Positions 1-8,019 of a stretch of DNA of 64,000 bases are shown piece by piece. How positions within the stretch are numbered: the first letter of the stretch is position 1; every line of letters begins with the position of its first letter. Under the pieces are notes generated by a model. That model saw nothing but the letters and a program-made list of their open reading frames with translations. It ran no database searches and had not been told where the DNA came from. This DNA comes from an uncultured Gammaproteobacteria bacterium. Lineage in GTDB: Bacteria > Pseudomonadota > Gammaproteobacteria > JASBUN01. The stretch is from the NCBI GenBank assembly GCA_963773585.1, contig CAVZBR010000001.1, positions 814,905 through 878,904 on the forward strand. The letters run 5' to 3'. Made by a program: the position numbers and the translations under genes.

Positions 1-396
1 TACACCGTGCTCGGAACCTTGATCTTTTTGGCGTTGAACGGCCATCTGGTGGCGATTCGGGTACTGCTGGAAAGCTTTCAATCCATGCCCGTGGGTGGGC
101 CGGGCTTGTCCCATGACAGCCTCATGCAACTGGTGTTGTGGGGCGCGCGCATGTTCGTCGGCGGGTTGTTGATTGCGCTGCCGGCGGTGGTGACCATCAC
201 TCTGATCAACATCGGCTTCGGAGTCATGACGCGCGCCGCGCCGCAACTGAATATTTTCTCGGTGTTGTTTCCGACCACCATGGCGGTCGGTTACGTCATT
301 ATTTTTCTCACTTTGCCCAGCCTGCTGCCGCGTTTCACTGATCTGGTGATGGACGGCTTCGATCTCACCCAGGCGCTATTGCTGCACGGGAGTTGA
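1..396 (+). CDS. fliR: flagellar biosynthesis protein FliR, 3' part (gene begins upstream of window)
   Basis: The frame is open from base 1. The product is a hydrophobic polytopic membrane protein typical of the FliR C-terminus. Its stop overlaps the flhB start (ATGA), and it lies immediately upstream of flhB as in flagellar export operons. Confidence 0.75.
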   Translation, partial: YTVLGTLIFLALNGHLVAIRVLLESFQSMPVGGPGLSHDSLMQLVLWGARMFVGGLLIALPAVVTITLINIGFGVMTRAAPQLNIFSVLFPTTMAVGYVIIFLTLPSLLPRFTDLVMDGFDLTQALLLHGS

Positions 397-1562
397 GCAT
401 GGCCGAGAATGAGAATGGGCAGGAGAAAACAGAGCAACCCACAGGCAAACGTCTCGCAGATGCGCGCGAGAAAGGGCAGGTTCCCCGATCCCGGGAACTG
501 AACACCACCGTGATGCTGATGGCCGGCGCCTCCGCATTACTGGTCTTCGGCGGCAGTCTGGGCGAAGGTCTGGCGAAGATGATGACCGAGGGCCTGACGA
601 TACAGCGCAACCTGATTTTCGACGCCGAGGTGTTGCCCCATGTGCTCGGCCAAGATCTACTGAGCGCGTTGGTGCTGATCCTTCCGTTCATTGCCGTGAC
701 CTTGGCGGCGACCTTCGCGCCGCCGATGTTGATTGGCGGTTTTTCCGTCAGTGCTGAGGCAATGATGCCCCAGTTCGGTCGTTTGAATCCCATCGCGGGC
801 GTGAAGAAACTGTTTTCCACCAACGGTCTGATGGAGTTGGCCAAGTCATTGGTCAAAGTCGTGTTGGTGGTGGGCACTTCCTACCTGGTGATCGGCCATG
901 TGTTCGGCGATCTCATGGGCATCGGCAACCTGTCGGTGCAGGGCGCCATCGCTCGTTCGTTCCAGATCGTCGGTTGGTCGTTTTTTTCGATCAGTTGTTG
1001 TCTGATCCTGCTGGCGGCGGTGGACGTGCCTTACCAACTCTGGCATCACAAGCACCAATTGCGGATGACCAAAAAGGAAGTGGAAGAGGAAGCGAAAAAC
1101 ACGGAAGGCAATCCGGAAGTGAAAGGGCGCATTCGCCGCGTACAGCAGGAAGTGGCCATGCGCCGCATGATGGCGGAGGTGCCCGCCGCCGACGTGGTGG
1201 TCACCAACCCAACCCATTTCGCGGTCGCCCTCAAATATGACGATCAGAACATGGGCGCGCCGCGGGTGGTCGCCAAAGGCGCCGACCTTGTCGCCGGTCA
1301 GATCCGGACCATCGCCCGGGAGAACAACGTACCGTTGTTCGCAGCGCCGCCCCTCGCGCGCGCCTTGTTCTACAGCACGGAACTGGAACAGGAAATTCCC
1401 GCTGGGCTGTATCTGGCCGTGGCCCAGGTGCTGGCGTATGTCTACCAACTCAAAGTCTCGATCTACGGTTCCGACTCCCGCCCCGAACCACCTACCGATT
1501 TGGACGTACCCGAAGAATTCTTGCGCCGCGATCGCGGCACACGGCGCCCCAACGCACGGTGA
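393..1562 (+). CDS. flhB: flagellar export apparatus protein FlhB
   Basis: 389 aa with four N-terminal TM helices. It contains the conserved NPTH autocleavage motif (VVVTNPTHFAVAL) and a C-terminal Bac_export_2-like domain. Confidence 0.9.
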   Translation: MSMAENENGQEKTEQPTGKRLADAREKGQVPRSRELNTTVMLMAGASALLVFGGSLGEGLAKMMTEGLTIQRNLIFDAEVLPHVLGQDLLSALVLILPFIAVTLAATFAPPMLIGGFSVSAEAMMPQFGRLNPIAGVKKLFSTNGLMELAKSLVKVVLVVGTSYLVIGHVFGDLMGIGNLSVQGAIARSFQIVGWSFFSISCCLILLAAVDVPYQLWHHKHQLRMTKKEVEEEAKNTEGNPEVKGRIRRVQQEVAMRRMMAEVPAADVVVTNPTHFAVALKYDDQNMGAPRVVAKGADLVAGQIRTIARENNVPLFAAPPLARALFYSTELEQEIPAGLYLAVAQVLAYVYQLKVSIYGSDSRPEPPTDLDVPEEFLRRDRGTRRPNAR

Positions 1563-1756
1563 CGATTCTCGCCCTGCGGTGGCCAACCCCCGGCTCGCAG
1601 CCGAGGAAATGGCGGCGCGAATTCACTTCGGACGACCGGAAACCCAGCGATACCAGACGCTTATAGCGATTCTGCGACGCGGGAACGGTTTTTGCACCAG
1701 CTCCCTACGAGTCAAGACTCCGTCACCATTTTGACAGTAGGCATGCCGGGACCGCT

Positions 1757-3865
1757 ATGGCACTGAATCTGAACCTGCAAACACTGCAACAGACGTTGCG
1801 CAGTGGCCTCGGCGCGCCGCTGTTGCTGTTGACCATGATGGCGATGATCGTGGTGCCCCTGCCGCCCCTCGCCCTGGACATGTTGTTCTCGTTCAATATT
1901 GCGCTGTCACTGGTGGTGCTGCTGGTGGCGGTCTACGTTCTGCGGCCCCTGGATTTCGCCATTTTCCCGTCCGTGCTGTTGATGACCACGCTGCTGCGAT
2001 TAGCGCTGAACGTGGCTTCGACTCGCGTCGTGCTGCTGGAAGGCCATACCGGCACCGGTGCCGCGGGACAGGTGATCGAGTCTTTCGGTGAATTCGTCAT
2101 CGGCGGCAACTATGCCGTTGGCTTGGTGGTATTCGCCATCCTAGTGATCATCAATTTCGTGGTGGTGACCAAGGGCGCCACCCGTGTCGCCGAGGTGTCG
2201 GCGCGCTTCACCTTGGACGCCATGCCCGGCAAGCAGATGGCCATCGACGCCGATCTCAACGCCGGACTCATTACCCAGGACCAGGCCCGCGAACGGCGCG
2301 ACGAAATCCGCGAAGAAGCTGATTTCTATGGCTCCATGGACGGTTCGTCGAAGTTCGTGCGCGGCGACGCGGTCGCCGGCATTCTGATTTTGTTCATCAA
2401 CATTCTCGGCGGTTTATCCATCGGCATGATGCAGCACGGCCTGACGTTGTCCCAGGCGCTGCACAACTACACCTTACTGACCATCGGTGACGGTCTGGTG
2501 GCACAGATTCCGGCGCTGGTGATTTCCACCGCCGCGGCCATCATCGTCACCCGCGTATCGTCCAGCCGCGAGGCCATGGGTGCGCAGGTGGTGCGGCAGA
2601 TGTTCGGCACCCCGAAAGCACTCGCCATCACCTCCGGCATCCTCGGTCTCATGGGCATCATTCCGGGCATGCCGAACGTCGCATTTCTGGGGCTGGCCGC
2701 GTTGTGCGGCGGTGCTGCGTACTACGTGCAGCAGCGTGGCTTGCAGCCGCGGGAGCCGGAGCTGGACGAGGATGCCGAACAGCCCGCCGCCGAGCGCAAC
2801 GACGATCTCACCTGGGACGACGTCAATACCGTCGACATGATCGGCCTGGAAGTCGGCTATCGCCTGATTCCCCTGGTGGACCGCAACCAGGGCGGCGAGT
2901 TGATGGCCAAGATCAAAGGCGTGCGCAAGAAGCTGTCTCAGGAACTTGGCTTCCTGGTGCAGCCGGTACACATCCGTGACAACCTCGACCTGGCACCCAG
3001 CGCCTACCGAATTTCACTGCTCGGCGTTCCCATGGGCGAGGCCGACGTGTTTCCGGATCGGGAACTGGCGATCAACCCCGGCAAGGTGTTCGGCACCATC
3101 CAAGGCATAGCCGCCAAGGACCCGGCCTTTGGCCTCGACGCACTTTGGATCGAACGTTCGCAGCGCGATCAGGCCCAGACCATGGGCTACACGGTGGTGG
3201 ATCCCAGCACCGTGATCGCCACCCATCTCAGCCAGCTTTTGCAGACGCACGCCCACGAGCTGCTCGGCCATGAGGAAGTGCAGAAGCTGCTGGACGTGCT
3301 CGCCAAGTCCGCACCCAAGCTGGTGGAGGACCTGGTACCAAAGGCAGTGTCTCTCGGCCAGGCGTTGCGCGTGCTGCAGAACCTGCTGCAGGAACAGATT
3401 CCGATTCGCGACATGCGCACCATCGCCGAAGCCATGGCAGAGGTGGCGCCCCGCAGTCAAGATACCGACGTTCTCACCGCCGCTGTACGCGCCGCCCTTG
3501 GCCGCTCAATTGTTCAGCATATCAATGGCATGGCGCCTGAATTGCCGGTCATGACGCTGGATCCCGCACTGGAACAGATATTGCAACAGGCCGTGCAGTC
3601 CGCCTCCGATGGGGGTGCTGGCATCGAGCCGGGGCTGGCGGACCAGCTGCATTCCGCTCTTGCGGCGCAGAGTCGGCGCCAGGAAAGCGTAGGTCAGCCC
3701 GCGGTATTGCTGGTGCCGCCGTTGATGCGCACCTGGTTGGCGCGATTGATCCGCCACAGCATTCCGGGCCTGCACGTTCTGTCCTACGGCGAAGTGCCGG
3801 ACAACAAGCAGATCAAGGTGGTGGCCACGGTAGGCCAGCAATTGCCGGCACAGGGTGCCGCCTAG
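1757..3865 (+). CDS. flhA: flagellar export apparatus protein FlhA
   Basis: 702 aa with an N-terminal polytopic membrane domain and a large cytoplasmic domain. FHIPEP family hallmarks are present (e.g. GDGLVAQIPALVISTAA, RFTLDAMPGKQMAIDADL). Confidence 0.92.
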   Translation: MALNLNLQTLQQTLRSGLGAPLLLLTMMAMIVVPLPPLALDMLFSFNIALSLVVLLVAVYVLRPLDFAIFPSVLLMTTLLRLALNVASTRVVLLEGHTGTGAAGQVIESFGEFVIGGNYAVGLVVFAILVIINFVVVTKGATRVAEVSARFTLDAMPGKQMAIDADLNAGLITQDQARERRDEIREEADFYGSMDGSSKFVRGDAVAGILILFINILGGLSIGMMQHGLTLSQALHNYTLLTIGDGLVAQIPALVISTAAAIIVTRVSSSREAMGAQVVRQMFGTPKALAITSGILGLMGIIPGMPNVAFLGLAALCGGAAYYVQQRGLQPREPELDEDAEQPAAERNDDLTWDDVNTVDMIGLEVGYRLIPLVDRNQGGELMAKIKGVRKKLSQELGFLVQPVHIRDNLDLAPSAYRISLLGVPMGEADVFPDRELAINPGKVFGTIQGIAAKDPAFGLDALWIERSQRDQAQTMGYTVVDPSTVIATHLSQLLQTHAHELLGHEEVQKLLDVLAKSAPKLVEDLVPKAVSLGQALRVLQNLLQEQIPIRDMRTIAEAMAEVAPRSQDTDVLTAAVRAALGRSIVQHINGMAPELPVMTLDPALEQILQQAVQSASDGGAGIEPGLADQLHSALAAQSRRQESVGQPAVLLVPPLMRTWLARLIRHSIPGLHVLSYGEVPDNKQIKVVATVGQQLPAQGAA

Positions 3866-3938
3866 ACAGGCCCGCGGAAACAGCCGGCGGCATTTAAGCC
3901 GCAACTCCGACGGATTCAGAGACCGAGGTAAGACGCGC

Positions 3939-5162
3939 ATGAAAATAAAGCGGTACTTCGCACCGGATATGCGACAAGCGATTCGCAAGGTGCGCGAAGA
4001 GCAGGGCCCCGATGCCGTGATCCTGTCCAACCGTCGGGTCAACGGTGGCATCGAGATCATCGCAGCGTTGGATTACGACGATTCCTTGTTCGGTGAGTTG
4101 GCGCCGGCGGCACCCGCGGAGCGGGCCGCTGTGGCTTCGACCATCGAAACACCCGAGCGGGAGCCGGCGAACCACCCGCAACCCAAGACCGCGAACACGG
4201 AAAAACAGGCGCCAGGGATGCCCAATGTGGAATGGGCCCAAGACCCGGCGCTGGTGGCGATGCAGCAGGAGATCCGGGTTTTGCGCGGCATGCTGGAAAA
4301 CCAGCTTTCGCAGTTCGCCTGGGCGGACATGGCGCGTCGCAACCCGGCGCACGCCGGCGTTTTGCAGCGTTTCTCCGATATGGGTATGGGCAAGGAGCTG
4401 GCACAGGAGCTGGCCGGCGAAATCCCCGATTCCAAAGACGTCGACCAAGCCTGGCGCCATGGGCTTGGCTTGTTGTCCCACCGCGTACAGATCACCGATG
4501 ACGATATCCTCGGGCGCGGCGGCGTAGTCAGTGTCGTCGGTCCCACCGGCGTTGGTAAGACCACCATGGTCGCCAAACTCGCGGCCCGCTATGCGCTGCG
4601 TCACGGCAAGCGGCACGTGGCATTGATCTCCACGGACAACTTCCGCATCGGCGCCTACGAACAACTGCACACCTACGGCCAATTGCTCGGCGTGCCGGTG
4701 TACTCGGCTGCCAGCAACGAAGAGCTCAACCGCTTGCTGACCGACCTTGCCGACAAGCACCTGGTGCTGATCGACACCGCGGGAATGAGTCAGCGCGACA
4801 TGCGTTTGGCCGAACAGATGGAGGCACTGGCCAGCGAACGCCGTCATATCCGGACCTATCTGGTGCTGTCGGCAAACATTCAGTTGGCCACCCTGAACGA
4901 AGTGGTAAGCGCGTTCCGCAACGTACCGTTGGCCGGCTGTCTGATCACAAAGATCGACGAAGCCGCGAGCATGGGCGGTGTGTTGACCGCGGTCGTGCGC
5001 AACGACCTGCCGGTGGCCTACGTCGGCGACGGCCAGCGTGTGCCCGAAGACCTCCACCCTGCTCGCGCCCACGCGTTGGTCAGCCGCGCCGTGGCACTGA
5101 TGCAACACGCTTGCGGACGCAACGCCGAACCGAACAGGAACATGGCCAATGCTCATGTCTGA
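3939..5162 (+). CDS. flhF: flagellar biosynthesis GTPase FlhF (SRP-like)
   Basis: The N-terminus MKIKRYFAPDMRQAIRKVREEQGPDAVIL is typical of FlhF. G-domain motifs are present: GPTGVGKTT, DTAGMSQRD and the TKIDE-type G4. The start is taken at the ATG at 3939, not at the upstream ORF-track start. Confidence 0.88.
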   Translation: MKIKRYFAPDMRQAIRKVREEQGPDAVILSNRRVNGGIEIIAALDYDDSLFGELAPAAPAERAAVASTIETPEREPANHPQPKTANTEKQAPGMPNVEWAQDPALVAMQQEIRVLRGMLENQLSQFAWADMARRNPAHAGVLQRFSDMGMGKELAQELAGEIPDSKDVDQAWRHGLGLLSHRVQITDDDILGRGGVVSVVGPTGVGKTTMVAKLAARYALRHGKRHVALISTDNFRIGAYEQLHTYGQLLGVPVYSAASNEELNRLLTDLADKHLVLIDTAGMSQRDMRLAEQMEALASERRHIRTYLVLSANIQLATLNEVVSAFRNVPLAGCLITKIDEAASMGGVLTAVVRNDLPVAYVGDGQRVPEDLHPARAHALVSRAVALMQHACGRNAEPNRNMANAHV

Positions 5163-6036
5163 GAACTACTACGACCAGGCGGCAGGACTACGGCGCATGG
5201 CAAAGCCCAAGCCTGTGCGCGTGATCGCCGTCGCCAGCGGCAAGGGCGGAGTCGGCAAGACCAACGTCAGCGTCAACCTGGCGCTCGCCATGACGGCGAT
5301 GGGTCGCAAAGTGATGCTCATGGACGCCGATCTGGGCCTGGCCAACATCGACGTGCTGCTGGGCCTGAAGCCTTTATACAACTTGTCCCATGTCATTCGC
5401 GGCGAACGCACCCTCGAAGAGGTTTTGATCGAAGGCCCGGGCGGTGTGCGCATCGTGCCGGCGTCGTCCGGCGTCAAACTCATGGCCGAACTCAATCCCA
5501 TGCAGCACGCCGGCCTGATCCGCGCCTTCAGTGAGTTGAGTTTCGACCTCGATGTATTGCTCGTGGATACCGCTGCCGGAATTTCCGACAGCGTTATCAG
5601 TTTTACCCGCGCCGCCCAGGAAGTGGTGGTCGTGGTCTGCGACGAACCTGCGTCGCTTACCGATGCTTACGCCTTGATGAAGGTCCTGAACCGGGATCAC
5701 GGCGTACAGCGCTTCAATGTCCTTTCCAATATGAGTCACAGCGCTCAAGAGGGTAGGGAAATGTTCGCCAAGCTGGTCAACGTAACCGATCGTTATCTCG
5801 ATGCAACGCTCAATTACCTGGGTACCGTGCCCTACGACGAGTACCTGCTCAAGGCGGTGCGTAAGCAGCGCCCGGTAATCGATGCATTCCCCCGCAGCCG
5901 TTCTGCGATGGCATTCAAGAATCTGGCGCAAAAGGCCGATAAGTGGCCCAGACCGGAAGCCGCCGCAGGGCATCTCGAGTTTTTCGTCGAACGATTGATC
6001 GGCTCCAGCTACGCCGAAGCGGAGTCACTTTCATGA
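5149..6036 (+). CDS. fleN: flagellar number regulator FleN/FlhG (MinD/ParA-family ATPase)
   Basis: Deviant Walker A GKGGVGKT. MinD-like and positioned directly after flhF. The start may instead be the internal ATG at 5155. Confidence 0.88.
   Translation: MLMSENYYDQAAGLRRMAKPKPVRVIAVASGKGGVGKTNVSVNLALAMTAMGRKVMLMDADLGLANIDVLLGLKPLYNLSHVIRGERTLEEVLIEGPGGVRIVPASSGVKLMAELNPMQHAGLIRAFSELSFDLDVLLVDTAAGISDSVISFTRAAQEVVVVVCDEPASLTDAYALMKVLNRDHGVQRFNVLSNMSHSAQEGREMFAKLVNVTDRYLDATLNYLGTVPYDEYLLKAVRKQRPVIDAFPRSRSAMAFKNLAQKADKWPRPEAAAGHLEFFVERLIGSSYAEAESLS
5915..5942 (+). promoter_or_regulatory. putative sigma-28 (FliA)-type promoter TCAAG-N15-GCCGATAA upstream of fliA
   Basis: The sequence tcaag-aatctggcgcaaaag-gccgataa resembles the FliA consensus TAAAG-N15-GCCGATAA. 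The same TCAAG-N15-G(A/C)CGATAA arrangement recurs upstream of cheW at 14677. Confidence 0.4.
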
Positions 6037-6779
6037 ACGGATACGCCATGTACGCAGCCCCCGCAGCCGCCGGTCGTCAGACGGCTCAGGACGAACTGGT
6101 TCACCAGCACGTATCGCTGGTCAAACGCATCGCCTACCACCTGGTCAGTCGTTTGCCGCCGAGTGTGCAGGTCGAAGACCTGATCCAGGCGGGCATGATC
6201 GGCTTGTTGGAGGCGGCTCGGAACTACAACCCTTCGCAAGGTGCGAGCTTCGAAACCTATGCCGGCATTCGGATTCGCGGCGCCATGCTGGACGAGATCC
6301 GGCGCTCGGATTGGACGCCACGGTCGGTACACCGCAAGGTGCGCATGGTCGCCGAGGCGGTGCGCGAGATCGAAAACGCCAAGGGCCGCGATGCCCGGGA
6401 CAACGAAGTCGCCGAAGCGTTGGGGATGAACCTGGATGAATACCACGCCATCCTGCAGGACGCGGCAGGCTGTCGGGTGTTCAGTTACGACGACCCGGCG
6501 ATTGTCGGCGAAGACTCCGAAGGCCCGTCTGGGGGATCGCACTCCGGCCCCCTGGAAATGCTGCAGAACGAGGACTTTCAGGACAACCTCTCGGAAGCGA
6601 TTGCAGGGTTGCCGGAACGCGAACGGTTAGTGATGTCGTTGTACTACGACGAAGAGTTGAATCTACGGGAAATCGGCGAAGTGCTGGGTGTGAGCGAATC
6701 GCGCGTGTGTCAGATCCACGGCCAGGCGCTGATCCGGTTGCGCGCGCGCATGAGCGAGTGGGTGCCGGAAGCGGAGTGA
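6033..6779 (+). CDS. fliA: flagellar sigma factor FliA (sigma-28)
   Basis: Sigma-70 family regions 2 and 4 are present (EDLIQAGMIGLLEAARNYN; LNLREIGEVLGVSESRVCQIHGQAL). The start overlaps the fleN stop (ATGA). Confidence 0.9.
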   Translation: MNGYAMYAAPAAAGRQTAQDELVHQHVSLVKRIAYHLVSRLPPSVQVEDLIQAGMIGLLEAARNYNPSQGASFETYAGIRIRGAMLDEIRRSDWTPRSVHRKVRMVAEAVREIENAKGRDARDNEVAEALGMNLDEYHAILQDAAGCRVFSYDDPAIVGEDSEGPSGGSHSGPLEMLQNEDFQDNLSEAIAGLPERERLVMSLYYDEELNLREIGEVLGVSESRVCQIHGQALIRLRARMSEWVPEAE

Positions 6780-6856
6780 CGCGCTGTGCGTTACGGCACC
6801 AGAGACAGAGATTGGAAATACGGGCCGAGTGCTAGGAGGTTGTCTTGGACAAGAAC

Positions 6857-7240
6857 ATGAAGATCCTGATCGTGGATGATTTTTCCACGATGCGCCGAAT
6901 CATCAAGAATCTGCTGCGGGATCTCGGTTACAACAACACGCAGGAAGCAGACGACGGCAAGACCGGCCTGCCCATGCTCCAGACGGGAAATTTCGATTTT
7001 CTGATCACGGACTGGAACATGCCCGGCATGACCGGCATCGATCTGCTCAAGGCGGTACGCGCGGACGAAAAGCTCGCCGGATTGCCCGTGCTGATGGTGA
7101 CTGCGGAGGCCAAAAAGGACCAGATCGTGGAAGCCGCGCAAGCAGGGGTGAACGGCTACATCGTCAAGCCTTTTACTGCGCAGACGTTGAAAGAAAAGAT
7201 CGACAAGATCTTCGAACGTCTGGCTGCCACCTCTTCGTGA
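6857..7240 (+). CDS. cheY: chemotaxis response regulator CheY
   Basis: Single REC domain ([15 protein letters not shown]...[13 protein letters not shown]...KPF). It is immediately followed by cheZ. Confidence 0.88.
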   Translation: MKILIVDDFSTMRRIIKNLLRDLGYNNTQEADDGKTGLPMLQTGNFDFLITDWNMPGMTGIDLLKAVRADEKLAGLPVLMVTAEAKKDQIVEAAQAGVNGYIVKPFTAQTLKEKIDKIFERLAATSS

Positions 7241-7274
7241 AACGCAGAGCAAAAAAACCGGTAGGGGAGCGAGA

Positions 7275-8009
7275 ATGATCGGAGAGGATACGCTGACGCA
7301 GGCCCGTCTGTTGGTGAAACAGATCGAGGACGGGCAGGACGTCGAAGCGAAACAGACATTGGAGGATCTCGCGAAAATGCGCGAGACCGATCTATTCCAG
7401 GAAATCGGAAAACTGACCCGAGAACTGCACGAGACGCTGAACAATTTCCGCTTGGATTCGCGCATCGCGGATCTCGCGGAACAGGATATTCCGGATGCGA
7501 AAGAACGGCTCAATTACGTGATTTCCATGACCGAGCAGGCCGCCAACAAGACGCTCACCGCGGTCGAGGATTCGCTGCCGGTCTCGGAAGGATTGCAAAA
7601 GCGTTCGGCCGAACTGCACGAACGGTGGGAGCGGTTCCGTCAGCGAGACATGTCGGCAGCGGAGTTCCGCGACCTGAGCCGCGAGATGGACGACTTTTTC
7701 CCCCAGGTTCGAGAAAGCGCGCAAACCCTGCAGAGCAATTTGTCTGATGTACTGATGGCGCAGGATTTTCAGGATTTGACCGGGCAGATCATTCGTCGGG
7801 TCATCAATCTGGTGCAGGACGTCGAACAGAGCCTGGTGGATCTGGTCCGGATTTCCGGTCGCGCGATGACCGCGAAGCAGACCAGCGCTGTCACCAAGAA
7901 CATCAAGGCCGAGGGACCGATGGTGCCGGGCGTCGACGACGCCGAGCCCGAAGCTGTACTGCAGGGTCAGGACGACGTGGACGATCTGCTGTCGAGCTTG
8001 GGTTTCTAG
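7275..8009 (+). CDS. cheZ: CheY-P phosphatase CheZ
   Basis: 244 aa with the CheZ signature MAQDFQDLTGQ and coiled-coil character. Confidence 0.85.
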   Translation: MIGEDTLTQARLLVKQIEDGQDVEAKQTLEDLAKMRETDLFQEIGKLTRELHETLNNFRLDSRIADLAEQDIPDAKERLNYVISMTEQAANKTLTAVEDSLPVSEGLQKRSAELHERWERFRQRDMSAAEFRDLSREMDDFFPQVRESAQTLQSNLSDVLMAQDFQDLTGQIIRRVINLVQDVEQSLVDLVRISGRAMTAKQTSAVTKNIKAEGPMVPGVDDAEPEAVLQGQDDVDDLLSSLGF

Positions 8010-8019
8010 GGGACACCGT

